Source of the DNA: Sediminimonas sp.
GTDB lineage: Bacteria; Pseudomonadota; Alphaproteobacteria; Rhodobacterales; Rhodobacteraceae
Direction of reading: 5' to 3'
Assembly: GCF_024637375.1 (NCBI RefSeq)
Contig: NZ_JAGXFK010000042.1
Location: forward strand, 16,169-80,168
DNA: 64,000 nt
The first letter of the stretch is position 1, and each line of letters opens with the position of its first letter. The position numbers were made by a program, and so were the translations under genes. The notes under the pieces were generated by a model, which was not told the DNA's origin, did not search any database, and saw only the letters and a program-made list of their open reading frames with translations. Of the stretch, positions 1-9,901 are shown one piece after another.

Positions 1-266
1 CCATCCTCGATCAGGGTGCGCAGCACCCGGTTCAGCGATTGCTTGGTCACGCCCAGCAGTTCCAGAAGGTTGGTCACCGTCGTCCCCGGCGCGCGGTTGA
101 TGAAATGGATCGCCCGGTGATGCGCGCGCCCGTAGGCCATGGTCGCGAGAATGCGGTCGGGATCGGACGTGAAGCCACGATAGGCGAAAAAGATCGCCTC
201 GATGCTCTGACGCAACTGCTCATCCGTGAGAAACAGCAGGTTCTCTCCGACAGGGGCGTCAGCCAT
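1..266 (-). CDS. petP: MarR-family regulator, PetP-like (3' end runs off window)
   Basis: Not in ORF track; manual minus-strand translation from ATG 266: MADAPVGENLLFLTDEQLRQSIEAIFFAYRGFTSDPDRIL...GRAHHRAIHFI...LGVTKQSLNRVLRTLIEDG (MarR wHTH); divergent from ilvE. Confidence 0.8.
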   Translation of the reverse strand, partial: MADAPVGENLLFLTDEQLRQSIEAIFFAYRGFTSDPDRILATMAYGRAHHRAIHFINRAPGTTVTNLLELLGVTKQSLNRVLRTLIED

Positions 267-311
267 CCGCGTGCCTCCTTGTTTTCGAATTGCATCTTTG
301 AAAGGCACCAT

Positions 312-330
312 AAGTCAGCCTTATTGACTT
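312..330. promoter_or_regulatory. Palindrome AAGTCA-N7-TGACTT, candidate operator between petP and ilvE
   Basis: Perfect 6-bp inverted repeat in AT-rich divergent spacer. Confidence 0.45.
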
Positions 331-431
331 TCCAAGACTCAACTGGTAGCGAATCGCAGTTTTGACGCAATTTTATGTCCGAAGCGGACGTAAGAAGCGC
401 AACAAATGGAAACGTTGGCAAGGATACGGCA

Positions 432-1298
432 ATGGCTGGCTACGACGACCGCGACGGCAAAATCTGGATGGACGGTGACCTCATCGACTGGCGCGGCGCC
501 AACGTGCATGTAATGACGCACGCGCTGCACTACGCCTCGTCGGTGTTCGAGGGCGAGCGTTGCTACAACGGGCGCATCTTTCGCTCGCGCGATCATTCCG
601 AACGTCTGATCCGGTCGGGTGAAATGATCGACTTCCATATCCCGTGGAGCGTCGAACAGATCGAGGCCGCCAAACAGGCGGCGCTTGACGCCAACGGCCT
701 GAGCAATGCCTATGTCCGCGCCGTGGCCTGGCGCGGCGCCGGCGATGACATGGGCGTGGCCAGCGCGCGCAACCCTGTCCACCTCGCCGTCGCTTGCTGG
801 GAATGGGGCAACTACTACGGCGACGCCAAGACCCACGGCGCCAAGCTGGATATCGCCAAGTGGAAACGCCCCAGCCCGGAAACCGCGCCAAGCCAGTCAA
901 AGGCGGCGGGCCTGTACATGATCGCCACCATGTCCAAGCATGCCGCCGAGGCCAAGGGGTGCAGCGACGCGATGATGCTGGACTACCGCGGCTACGTGGC
1001 CGAGGCGACCGGTGCCAACATCTTTTTCGTCCGCGATGGCGAGGTTCACACGCCGCTGCCGGATTCGTTCCTCAACGGGCTGACGCGGCAGACGGTCCTG
1101 CAAATGCTGCACGAGCGCGACGTCACCGTGCACGAACGCCACATCATGCCCGACGAGCTGGAAAGCTTCGAGCAATGCTGGCTGACCGGCACCGCAGCCG
1201 AGGTTACGCCGGTGGGCCACATCGGTGACTACCGGTTCGATGTCGGCGCGCTGACCCGCGACATCGCCCACGGCTACGAAGACCTGGTGCGCACCTGA
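432..1298 (+). CDS. ilvE: Branched-chain amino acid aminotransferase (class IV PLP)
   Basis: HALHYASSVFEG, KAAGLY, EATGANIF, GLTRQT, GTAAEVTPV motifs; start set at ATG 432 after AGGA. Confidence 0.92.
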   Translation: MAGYDDRDGKIWMDGDLIDWRGANVHVMTHALHYASSVFEGERCYNGRIFRSRDHSERLIRSGEMIDFHIPWSVEQIEAAKQAALDANGLSNAYVRAVAWRGAGDDMGVASARNPVHLAVACWEWGNYYGDAKTHGAKLDIAKWKRPSPETAPSQSKAAGLYMIATMSKHAAEAKGCSDAMMLDYRGYVAEATGANIFFVRDGEVHTPLPDSFLNGLTRQTVLQMLHERDVTVHERHIMPDELESFEQCWLTGTAAEVTPVGHIGDYRFDVGALTRDIAHGYEDLVRT

Positions 1299-1441
1299 AT
1301 CGCGCGCAACACGCCCCGCAAAGCGGCCCCGCCCCCTTGCCGCTACCGGCACAAGCGCGCCGCGCCCGCGGTCGGGGCTCCGGCTGAGCGGCCTTGCTCT
1401 GTCATCGCTCGCTCAGTCATCGTCGGGGTGCCGCTTGCGTC

Positions 1442-1470
1442 AAAAAGGGGCGCCCCGCAAAGGGCGCCCC
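1442..1470 (-). terminator. Rho-independent terminator of the ABC operon
   Basis: Minus strand GGGGCGCCC-TTTGC-GGGGCGCCCC hairpin followed by TTTTT. Confidence 0.7.
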
Positions 1471-1498
1471 GGTCATGTGCCAGCGCGGGCAAGCCACG

Positions 1499-2365
1499 TC
1501 AGCCCGGCGTGATACCGCGCATGCGCTCCGAGCGGCGGCGCAGCAGTTCGATCGTTGTCAGCAGCAGGATCGAGATCGTCACCAGGATCGTCGCCACCGC
1601 CAGGATCGTCGGGCTGATCTGCTCGCGCAGGCCGATGAACATCTGCCATGGCAGGGTTTTCTGACCGGCCGAGCCGACCAGAAGCACCACGATCACCTCG
1701 TCGAACGAGGTGATGAAGGCGAACAACCCGCCCGAGATAACGCCCGGCAGGATCAGCGGCATCTGCACCTTGAAGAAGGTCGTCACCGGGTCGGCCCCCA
1801 TATTGGCGGCGGCGCGGGTGAGCGACTCGTCGAAGCTCGACAGGGTCGCCGTCACCGTGATGATGACGAAGGGAATGCCCAGCGCCGCATGTGCCAGGAC
1901 CACGCCCATGAACGTGCCCTGAAGACCGATATTGGCGTAGAAAAAGAACATACCGGCCGAGGTGATGATGAGCGGCACGATCATCGGCGATATCAGCAGC
2001 GCGGTGATCGCCTTCTTGAACGGCACGTGCGGCTGCGTCAGCCCGATCGCGGCCAGCGTGCCCAGAGACACGGCTATGAGCGTCGCCAGCGGCGCGATCT
2101 TGACCGAGTTCATGAACGCCTGAATCCAGGAATAATCGCCGTTGGCACCGAAGAAATCGCGATAGTGCTTGAGCGAGTATCCGTCCGGGTCAAGCCGTAG
2201 CATTTCCGGCGTGAAGGTAAAGAAATCCTCCGCGTTGAACGACAGCGGGATGATCGTCAGGATCGGGAAGATCAGGTAGAAGAACACCAGCCCGCAGATC
2301 ACCCGGAAGGTATAGAACCAGACCCTTTGGCCGAACGTCGCGTATGAAGGAAGTTTCGTAGCCAT
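1499..2365 (-). CDS. Polyamine-type ABC permease (PotC-like)
   Basis: Multiple TM segments, AAANMGA (EAA-loop-like), FITSFDEV motif. Confidence 0.88.
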   Translation of the reverse strand: MATKLPSYATFGQRVWFYTFRVICGLVFFYLIFPILTIIPLSFNAEDFFTFTPEMLRLDPDGYSLKHYRDFFGANGDYSWIQAFMNSVKIAPLATLIAVSLGTLAAIGLTQPHVPFKKAITALLISPMIVPLIITSAGMFFFYANIGLQGTFMGVVLAHAALGIPFVIITVTATLSSFDESLTRAAANMGADPVTTFFKVQMPLILPGVISGGLFAFITSFDEVIVVLLVGSAGQKTLPWQMFIGLREQISPTILAVATILVTISILLLTTIELLRRRSERMRGITPG

Positions 2366-2370
2366 GTCTT

Positions 2371-3654
2371 TTACCCCAGCTTCACGTTATCGACGCCGAC
2401 AAGCTTGTCGTAGATGTAGTAGAGCAACAGCACCACCACGAGCATGACGGTGCCCAGCGCCGCCGCCAGCCCCCAGTTGCCGGAACTCGAGAACTGGTAG
2501 TAGATCCGGTTCGAAATGAACGTGCCATCGGCGCCGCCGACCAGTTCGGGCGTGATGAAGTAGCCGACCGCCAGGATGAAAACCAGCAGCGACCCGGCGC
2601 CGATACCCGGCGTGGTCTGCGGGAAATAGACCCGCATGAACGCCACCGTGTTGGTCGCCCCCAGCGATTTCGCCGCGCGCAGGTAGGATGGCGGGATCGT
2701 CTTCATCACCGAGTAGAGCGGCAGGATCATGAACGGCAGCAGGATGTGCGTCATCGCGATGACCACGCCAAGCTGGTTGTTGATCAGCGACATTCGTTCG
2801 GTAAAGCCGAGCGCGATCCAGAAATCGTTGATCACGCCTTGTTGCTGCAACAGGATTTTCCACGCCGATGTACGCACCAGCAGCGATGTCCAGAACGGCA
2901 GCAGCACCAGGATCAGCAGCATGTTGGCCGACTTTGCCGGCAGGTCCGCCAGCAGCCACGCCACCGGGTAGCCCAGCGCGAAGGTGCAGAAGGTGATCAA
3001 GAAACTCAACCACAGCGTTCGGACCATCAGTTTGGAATAGATCCGCTGATCGGGATCCTTCATCTGGATACCCTCGCTGGTGCGCTGCGCGTCGAAGGCC
3101 GCCAGGAAATAGCTGGTCGTGTAGTAGCCCGAGTTCGCCTTGATCGTGGCCCAGTACTCGATATTGCCCCAATCGTCGTCGATATCGAGGAACTTTTCGC
3201 GGAAGGGACCGTCGGTTTCGATATCCCAGTTGGACACCCGGCGTCCCGACTTGCGGAAGATCGACGACATGCCAGCCGATTCGTAGTTGAAGCGGCGGCC
3301 AAGCTGCGTGTGGTTGCGGTTCTCAAACGCGGTCGCGAGGTCCTGGGCCAGGGCGCGATAGACGGGTTCGGCGGGCATTTCGCCAGATGCGGGTTCCCAG
3401 TCCTGTATCTCTTCGACCACGTTGGGCATCAGGTCGGGAATGTACTCGGTGCCGGCCGTGTTCTGGACCGAGCGCATCAACATTTCACCGATGGGCAGGA
3501 CAAAGCTGATCGTGACGAACAAGAGCAGCGGCGCGATCAGCAACAGCGCCCGAATTTTCTGTGCCCTGAGCGCCCGCGCCAGGCTTTGCTTCAGCGGCGT
3601 CCCGTCGGCCGCCAGAACCAATCCATTCTCGTCAAAATGCGTATCGGCCATCAT
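2371..3654 (-). CDS. Polyamine-type ABC permease (PotB-like) with long soluble N-terminal loop
   Basis: LLPFWTSLLVR, LPFMILPLY, AAKSLGA motifs; start set at MMADTH. Confidence 0.85.
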   Translation of the reverse strand: MMADTHFDENGLVLAADGTPLKQSLARALRAQKIRALLLIAPLLLFVTISFVLPIGEMLMRSVQNTAGTEYIPDLMPNVVEEIQDWEPASGEMPAEPVYRALAQDLATAFENRNHTQLGRRFNYESAGMSSIFRKSGRRVSNWDIETDGPFREKFLDIDDDWGNIEYWATIKANSGYYTTSYFLAAFDAQRTSEGIQMKDPDQRIYSKLMVRTLWLSFLITFCTFALGYPVAWLLADLPAKSANMLLILVLLPFWTSLLVRTSAWKILLQQQGVINDFWIALGFTERMSLINNQLGVVIAMTHILLPFMILPLYSVMKTIPPSYLRAAKSLGATNTVAFMRVYFPQTTPGIGAGSLLVFILAVGYFITPELVGGADGTFISNRIYYQFSSSGNWGLAAALGTVMLVVVLLLYYIYDKLVGVDNVKLG

Positions 3655-3795
3655 TCTTCCCTGTTGGTCATTCGGAACACGTTTGTCGGATCCGTTATTC
3701 GTTGGTCTTGGCGAAGCTGCCCGCCCCGGGGCAGATCGGCAAAGACGCAAGGGGTGGCGGGGGGCCGATGGCCCGCCCGCCGGATTGTTGGCCGA

Positions 3796-4905
3796 TTACT
3801 CGAGCAGCCATGCCTGGAACTGGCTGTCCAGGTCGTCACGGTAGCTGGCCCACCAGTTGTAGTTGAACAGGAAGGTGTTCTCGGCGTTGGCCGGATCGGT
3901 CGGCATATGCGGCGCCATCTCGATGCCAAGCTCAGCGTGCTCGCCCACCAGCGGAGCCGAAGAGGCGCGCGCCGGACCATAGGAGATGTAGGCAGCCTGA
4001 TCTGCCAGGCGCTGCGTGTCGGTCGCGAAACGGACGAAATCCTTCACACGGGCCAGGCGATCCGCCGGCAGGTCAGCGGGGATGATCCAACCGTCGAGGT
4101 CGAACATCTGCCAATCCCACAGCATGCCGATCGGCTGATCCTGCTCGGCGATGGCCGAGAACAGACGCCCGTTATAGGTGGAACCCATCACGACTTCGCC
4201 ATCGGCCAGCAACTGCGGGGTTTCCGCACCGGCAGACCACCAGACCGTCTGATCCTTGATGGTATCGAGCTTGGCAAAGGCACGCTCGACGCCTTCTTCG
4301 GTTTCCAGCGTGTCATAGACGTCGTCGATGGCCACACCGTCGCAGATCAGAGCCCATTCCATGTTGCCGATCGGGCGCTTTTCAAGCGCGCGCTGGCCCG
4401 GGTAGGTTTCGGTGTCGAAAACCGCGCAGACGCTTTCGGGCTTCTGATCGACCATGTCGGTGCGATAGCCGAAGGTTGTCGAGAACACGATCTGCGGGAT
4501 GAAGCAATCGCTGACGATCGAGCCGCCGAAGTCCTCGGTGGCCGGGGTGCCATCAGGCGCCGGCGCCAGCATCTCGTCATGGTCGATTTCCATGGCCAGG
4601 CCTTCGTCGCACAGGCGCATGCCGTCGGCGGCGGTGACGTCGACCAGATCCCATGTCACGTTGCCCGCTTCGGACATCGCACGCAGCTTGGTCACGGCCT
4701 CGCCCGAGCTTTCGTCGGTGATGACTTCAAGCCCCGGGTTCATTTCCTTGTAGGGCTCGATATAGGCTTGCACCTGGCTGTTCTGGTAGGCGCCGCCCCA
4801 GGACACGACGGTCATGCTGTCGGCCATGTTGTGGCTGTCGGCATGGGCCGCCACACCAGCGACCGTCAGGGCGGTCGTGCCGATAATTGTTTTCATGAGT
4901 TTCAT
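3796..4905 (-). CDS. ABC substrate-binding protein (PotD/PotF family)
   Basis: Signal peptide, VSWGGAYQ, WDLVD, LLADGEV, YNGR motifs; GGAG RBS. Confidence 0.88.
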   Translation of the reverse strand: MKLMKTIIGTTALTVAGVAAHADSHNMADSMTVVSWGGAYQNSQVQAYIEPYKEMNPGLEVITDESSGEAVTKLRAMSEAGNVTWDLVDVTAADGMRLCDEGLAMEIDHDEMLAPAPDGTPATEDFGGSIVSDCFIPQIVFSTTFGYRTDMVDQKPESVCAVFDTETYPGQRALEKRPIGNMEWALICDGVAIDDVYDTLETEEGVERAFAKLDTIKDQTVWWSAGAETPQLLADGEVVMGSTYNGRLFSAIAEQDQPIGMLWDWQMFDLDGWIIPADLPADRLARVKDFVRFATDTQRLADQAAYISYGPARASSAPLVGEHAELGIEMAPHMPTDPANAENTFLFNYNWWASYRDDLDSQFQAWLLE

Positions 4906-4996
4906 ACGGATACTCTCCTTGTTTTATAGGCCCGTTCTTTGATGCCCACCCATCCACGGGCTGGAAGAGGGGGGGCTGGTCGCACGCCCGACGCCG

Positions 4997-6097
4997 TCAG
5001 GCATCCAGCGCGCGACAATCCTCTGGAAGCCAGCCGATCTCGATCTGCTGTCCCGGCTTCAGGCGCACCTGATCCGGGGCGTTCCGGGTTTTGATGATGA
5101 AATCGTCCTGCCCGGCGACGCGCAGTCGCGTGCGGAAGATATCGCCCATGTAGATGAATTCCAGCACCTCGGCCTTGAGCGTGTGCACACCTTCCTTGAG
5201 GCGGCTCTTGTCGATTTCCACCCGCTCCGGGCGGATCGAGATCAGCGTGCGTTCGCCGGGCTTGGACACGTTGACGGGGGTGCAGTCGATCACCTCGCCG
5301 TCGTCCAGTTCGACAATCGCCTGACCGTTGCTGATTTCCTTGACCGTGCCCTCGAAAGTGTTGTTCTCGCCGATGAACTGCGCGACGAAGCTGTTTTCGG
5401 GTTGTTCGTACAGCTTGTCGGGGGTGGCGAGCTGCTGGATACGGCCGTCGTCGAATACCGCGATCCGGTCGGACATCGTCAGCGCCTCGGTCTGGTCGTG
5501 GGTGACGTAAACGGTGGTGATGCCCAGCTCGTGCGCAAGGTTGGTGATCTCGAACTGCATGTGCTCGCGCAACTGCTTGTCGAGCGCGCCCAGCGGTTCG
5601 TCCATCAGCACCAGCTCGGGCTCGAACACCAGCGCCCGGGCCAGCGCGACGCGCTGCTGCTGGCCACCCGACAACTGCGCCGGACGACGGTTGCCGAAAT
5701 CGCCCATCTGAACCATGTCCAAAGCGCGCTTGACCTTTTCCTCGCGCTCGGACTTGCCGATCTTGCGCACTTCCAGCGGAAAGGACAGATTCTCGGCGAT
5801 GGTCATGTGCGGGAAAAGCGCGTAGTTCTGAAACACCATGCCGATGCCGCGCTTGTGCGGCGGGATATTGTTGATCGGCTTGCCGTCGAGCTTGATCTCG
5901 CCGTGGGTGGCCGTCTCGAACCCCGCCAGCATCATCAGGCAAGTGGTCTTGCCAGACCCCGAAGGCCCGAGCATCGTCAGGAACTCGCCCCGTGGTACCG
6001 CGAGATTGAGATCCTTGACCACCAACTGCACGCCATCATAGCTTTTCTGGACGTGCTCGAACGCGACGAATGCGTCTGTGCTACTGTTTCCGGACAA
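4997..6097 (-). CDS. ABC ATP-binding protein (PotA-like)
   Basis: Walker [25 protein letters not shown]; TTG start with GGGAG RBS. Confidence 0.92.
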   Translation of the reverse strand: MSGNSSTDAFVAFEHVQKSYDGVQLVVKDLNLAVPRGEFLTMLGPSGSGKTTCLMMLAGFETATHGEIKLDGKPINNIPPHKRGIGMVFQNYALFPHMTIAENLSFPLEVRKIGKSEREEKVKRALDMVQMGDFGNRRPAQLSGGQQQRVALARALVFEPELVLMDEPLGALDKQLREHMQFEITNLAHELGITTVYVTHDQTEALTMSDRIAVFDDGRIQQLATPDKLYEQPENSFVAQFIGENNTFEGTVKEISNGQAIVELDDGEVIDCTPVNVSKPGERTLISIRPERVEIDKSRLKEGVHTLKAEVLEFIYMGDIFRTRLRVAGQDDFIIKTRNAPDQVRLKPGQQIEIGWLPEDCRALDA

Positions 6098-6296
6098 TGT
6101 GACTCCCCGTCTATCGTGCGCGGCTGATGCCGCTTGTCGTTTATCATTACGGCGCTGGACGCCGGCAGATTTGAACTAAAGCGCGTCACAGGCATCGTTG
6201 CAACAGGCTTGCGACATTTTTGGTCAGTTTGCGACATCAGCAAGCCGCGCTGACCGTCAAACAGGCAAAAAAAGGAAATCTGCCTTCACCCCGGCA

Positions 6297-6329
6297 ACCG
6301 TCAGCCCGGAAATACCCCGGGCTGACGGT
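6297..6329. terminator. 13-bp perfect hairpin just downstream of doeD (terminator or mRNA stabiliser)
   Basis: ACCGTCAGCCCGG-AAATACC-CCGGGCTGACGGT; no adjacent U-tract. Confidence 0.45.
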
Positions 6330-6339
6330 GCGGATGGTA

Positions 6340-7710
6340 TCAGCCCAGCACCTCGGCCACCGCCTTGGCGGTCTTGGCGGCAACCTCCTCGGCCTCTTCG
6401 CGGGTCAGGCAGAAGGGCGGCGCGAAGCCAAGGATATCGCCCTGCGGCATGGCCCGGCCAATCACGCCGTGCCCCAGCAGCGCCGCGGCCACCTGCGGGC
6501 CGACCTTGTCGGCAGCATCGAAAAGGGTGCGCGTGTCGCGGTCCTTCGCGAACTCCACCGCGCACAGCATGCCCTCGCCACGGATATCGCCGACATTGGG
6601 ATGATCGCCAAGCGCGTCGCGCATCGCGGCGTTGAAATGCGCCCCCACCTCGCCGGCGCTGGTCACCATGTCCAGCTTGTCGATCAGTTCCAGGTTGGCG
6701 ATGCCGGCCGCCGCCCCGATCGGGTGCGCCGAATAGGTCCAGCCGTGTCCGATCGGGCCGTTCTCGTCGGTGCCCTGCTCAAGCACCTTCCACATCTTGT
6801 CGCCCACGATCGAGCCCGACAGCGGCGCATAGGCCGAGGTCAGCCCCTTGGCGATGGTGATCAGGTCGGGCTTGATGCCATAGTGATCCGACCCGAACAT
6901 CGTGCCCAGCCGGCCGAACCCGGTCACCACCTCGTCGGCGATGAGCAGGATGTCGTGCTTGTCCAGCACTTTCTGGATTGCCTCCCAGTAGCCCTCGGGC
7001 GGCGGCACGATGCCCCCGGTGCCCAGTACCGGCTCGCCGATGAAAGCGGCGATGGTGTCGGGGCCCTCGCGCTCGATCAGCGCCTCCAGTTCCGCGGCCA
7101 GGTAGGCGGTGAACTGGGCCTCGCTCATGTCGTCGGCGGGACGGCGATAGTAGTAGGGCGCGTCGGTATGAATGACCTGAGCCAGCGGCAGGTCGAACTT
7201 CTTGTGGAACAGCTCCAGCCCGGTCAGCGACCCGGTCATCAGCCCCGAACCATGATAGCCGCGCCAGCGCGAGATGATCTTCTTCTTCTCGGGCCGGCCG
7301 AGGATGTTGTTGTAATACCAGACCAGCTTGATGTTGGTTTCGTTGGCGTCAGACCCCGACTGCCCGAAATAGACCTTCGACATGCCCTCGGGCGAACGGT
7401 CGAGGATCATCTTGGCCAGGGTGATGCTGGCCTCGGTGCCGTGGCCGACATAGGCGTGGTAATAGGCCAGTTCGCGCGCCTGCTCCGCGATCGCCTCGGC
7501 GATCTCCTGGCGGCCATAGCCCACGTTGACGCAGTAGAGCCCGGCAAAGGCGTCCAGCAGCCGGGTGCCGTCGCGGTCCTCGATATGGCAGCCGCTGCCG
7601 GTGCGGATTACCCGGTTGGGCGCCTCGCCGCGCGCGAATTGCGCCAGGTGCGTCGAGGGATGGAAAAAGTTTTCACGATCCCATTTGTCCAATTGGTCGT
7701 TGCGTAACAT
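6340..7710 (-). CDS. doeD: Diaminobutyrate transaminase of ectoine catabolism (class III PLP; DoeD/Atf)
   Basis: N-terminus MLRNDQLDKWDRENFFHPSTHL, DEVVTGFGR, IAKGLTS; located in eut/doe cluster. Confidence 0.82.
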   Translation of the reverse strand: MLRNDQLDKWDRENFFHPSTHLAQFARGEAPNRVIRTGSGCHIEDRDGTRLLDAFAGLYCVNVGYGRQEIAEAIAEQARELAYYHAYVGHGTEASITLAKMILDRSPEGMSKVYFGQSGSDANETNIKLVWYYNNILGRPEKKKIISRWRGYHGSGLMTGSLTGLELFHKKFDLPLAQVIHTDAPYYYRRPADDMSEAQFTAYLAAELEALIEREGPDTIAAFIGEPVLGTGGIVPPPEGYWEAIQKVLDKHDILLIADEVVTGFGRLGTMFGSDHYGIKPDLITIAKGLTSAYAPLSGSIVGDKMWKVLEQGTDENGPIGHGWTYSAHPIGAAAGIANLELIDKLDMVTSAGEVGAHFNAAMRDALGDHPNVGDIRGEGMLCAVEFAKDRDTRTLFDAADKVGPQVAAALLGHGVIGRAMPQGDILGFAPPFCLTREEAEEVAAKTAKAVAEVLG

Positions 7711-7737
7711 CGTCGTTCCTTTCGTTTGTTCCGAGGC

Positions 7738-7784
7738 CCTGAATTTTCAAAGAATTCAGGACCAGAATCTTTTCAGGATTCTGG
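7738..7784. repeat. Two tandem 23-bp palindromes
   Basis: CCTGAATT-N7-AATTCAGG (7738-7760) and CCAGAATC-N7-GATTCTGG (7762-7784). Confidence 0.7.
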
Positions 7785-7789
7785 CCATC

Positions 7790-9277
7790 TCACGCCCAGT
7801 CGCGGCAGACGTACTTGATCTCCATGAACTCTTCCATGCCCTTCCTCGCGCCTTCGCGGCCCTGACCCGATTGCTTGACCCCGCCGAAGGGGATCGGCGC
7901 GCCCGTGACCTTGGTGCGGTTGACCGCCACCATGCCGAATTGCAGCGCCCGCGTGACGCGGTAGATGCGGCGCGGGTCGTGGCTGTGCAGGTAGGCGACC
8001 AGCCCGTACTCGGTAGCATTCGCCTTGGCGACGACCTCTTTCTCGCTGTCGAAGGGCGCGATCGGCGCGACCGGTCCGAAGGTTTCCTCACACATGATGG
8101 CGGCGTTGTCGGGCACGTCGACCAGCACCGTGGGTTGATAGAACAGCCGACCCAGCTTGTCGGCCCGCGCACCACCGCAGGTCAGCCGCGCGCCGTGCTT
8201 CAGCGCGTCGGCGACGTGCTCTTCCTGTTTCTGAACGGCTTTTTCATTCATCAGCGGGCCGATATCGGGGTCGTCCATGCCGAAGCCAACGGTCAGCGCC
8301 TTCGTGGCCCTGGTGAACCGCTCGCAGAATTCGTCATAAATCGGACGCTCGACATAGATGCGGTTGGCACCCAGGCAGTCCTGCCCCGAGGTGGCGAACT
8401 TGGCCTTGATCGCCTCCTCCACCGCCAGGTCAAGGTCGGCGCCCTTGAACACGATCACCGGCGCGTGCCCGCCCAGTTCCAGCACCAGCCGTTTCACCGT
8501 GTCTGCCGACTGCCGGTAAAGCAGCCGGCCGATATCGGTCGAGCCGGTGAACGACAGCGCCCGCACGCGCGCATCGCGCGTCCACGGCTCGACCACCGTC
8601 GAGGCGCGCCCGGTCACCACGTTGAACACCCCCGGCGGCAGCCCCGCGCGCTCAGCCAGTTCGGCCAGCGCCAGCGCCGAGAACGGCGTCTCGCCCGAAG
8701 GGTGCGCGACCACCGTGCAGCCCGCCCCCAGCGCCGCGCCGGCCTTGCGGGTCAGCATCGCGGCGGGAAAGTTCCACGGCGTGATCAGCGCCGCCACGCC
8801 CACCGGTTCGAGCCACAGCTCGACCTCGGCATCGGGCAGGTGGCTGGTAACCCCCTCGATGTTGGGGCGCTTGGTTTCCTCGGCGTAGTACTCGATGAAG
8901 CTGGCGGCGTAGTCGATCTCGCCGCGCGCCTCGCTGATCGGCTTGCCCTGTTCCAGCACCATGATGCGCGCCAGGTCTTCGCGGTGCTCCATCATCAAAT
9001 CGAACCACCGGCGCAGGATGACCGAGCGCGCCTGCGGCAGGGTCATCGACCAGTCCTCGAACGCGGCCTGCGCGGCATCGACGGCGGCGGCGCTGTCGTC
9101 GGCCGACAGGCTGGCTACCTCGCCCAGCGTGGCACCGTCGGCGGGGTTGTACACCGGAAGCGTGGCACCGTCGCCGGCGCTGCACCACTTGCCGCCGATA
9201 TATGAAAACGACCGCACAAGGCGGGGGTCGTCGAGATCGCTCAGCGGCGACTGGGCCGCGAGTTGCGACTGCGTCAT
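7790..9277 (-). CDS. doeC: Aspartate/succinate-semialdehyde dehydrogenase (DoeC/Ssd)
   Basis: ITPWNFP, FTGST, LELGGHAP, GQDC, EETFGP; GGAGG RBS before ATG 9277; cluster context. Confidence 0.8.
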   Translation of the reverse strand: MTQSQLAAQSPLSDLDDPRLVRSFSYIGGKWCSAGDGATLPVYNPADGATLGEVASLSADDSAAAVDAAQAAFEDWSMTLPQARSVILRRWFDLMMEHREDLARIMVLEQGKPISEARGEIDYAASFIEYYAEETKRPNIEGVTSHLPDAEVELWLEPVGVAALITPWNFPAAMLTRKAGAALGAGCTVVAHPSGETPFSALALAELAERAGLPPGVFNVVTGRASTVVEPWTRDARVRALSFTGSTDIGRLLYRQSADTVKRLVLELGGHAPVIVFKGADLDLAVEEAIKAKFATSGQDCLGANRIYVERPIYDEFCERFTRATKALTVGFGMDDPDIGPLMNEKAVQKQEEHVADALKHGARLTCGGARADKLGRLFYQPTVLVDVPDNAAIMCEETFGPVAPIAPFDSEKEVVAKANATEYGLVAYLHSHDPRRIYRVTRALQFGMVAVNRTKVTGAPIPFGGVKQSGQGREGARKGMEEFMEIKYVCRDWA

Positions 9278-9403
9278 GGAAGCCTCCTGCAAAATTGGAT
9301 GATATGTATCGCTGCCCGGCAGGATGCCCCGAATCGGCCCGTCAACGGGGCTGAATTTCAGTGCCGGCGCAGGCTAATCTGCTGCCGGGCATGGCACCGG
9401 CAG

Positions 9404-9901
9404 TCAATTCTTCTGTAGCCCCGCCAGCATCTCGACCGGGGGTGTCGCGCCTTCCTTCACCGTCTTGGTGACGATGTAGGTGTAATAGCGCGCCAGGCCG
9501 ACCCGCGCCTCCAGCAGCGAATCGATCAGCCGCTGGTATTCGTCGATGTCACGGGTGACAACGTGGAACAGATAGTCGAACCCCCCGCCCAGCGACCAGC
9601 AGCCGGTAATCTCGTCGCGGTCCCGCACGGCGCGCTCGAAGGTCTGGAAGTGCGCCGCGGTGTGGCCCTCGAGCTCGGCCGCGACGAAAACGGCGACATG
9701 CGCGCCCAGTTCGCGCAGGGAAATCCGGGCGCTGTAGCCTTCGATGATCCCGGCCTTTTCCAGCCGCTTCAGCCGCTCCCACGCGGGGCTGGCCGACAGG
9801 CCGACGCGCGCAGCAAGTTCGGCCTTGGTGATCCGCCCCTCGGACGACAGCACCCGCAGGATCGCCATGTCGCGCGCATCAAGCCTGAGCATGCCGTTCA
9901 T
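9404..9901 (-). CDS. Lrp/AsnC-family regulator (DoeX-like)
   Basis: HTH ELAARVGLSASPAWERLKRLEKAGII, GGFDY; ATGA overlap with eutC stop. Confidence 0.88.
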   Translation of the reverse strand: MNGMLRLDARDMAILRVLSSEGRITKAELAARVGLSASPAWERLKRLEKAGIIEGYSARISLRELGAHVAVFVAAELEGHTAAHFQTFERAVRDRDEITGCWSLGGGFDYLFHVVTRDIDEYQRLIDSLLEARVGLARYYTYIVTKTVKEGATPPVEMLAGLQKN

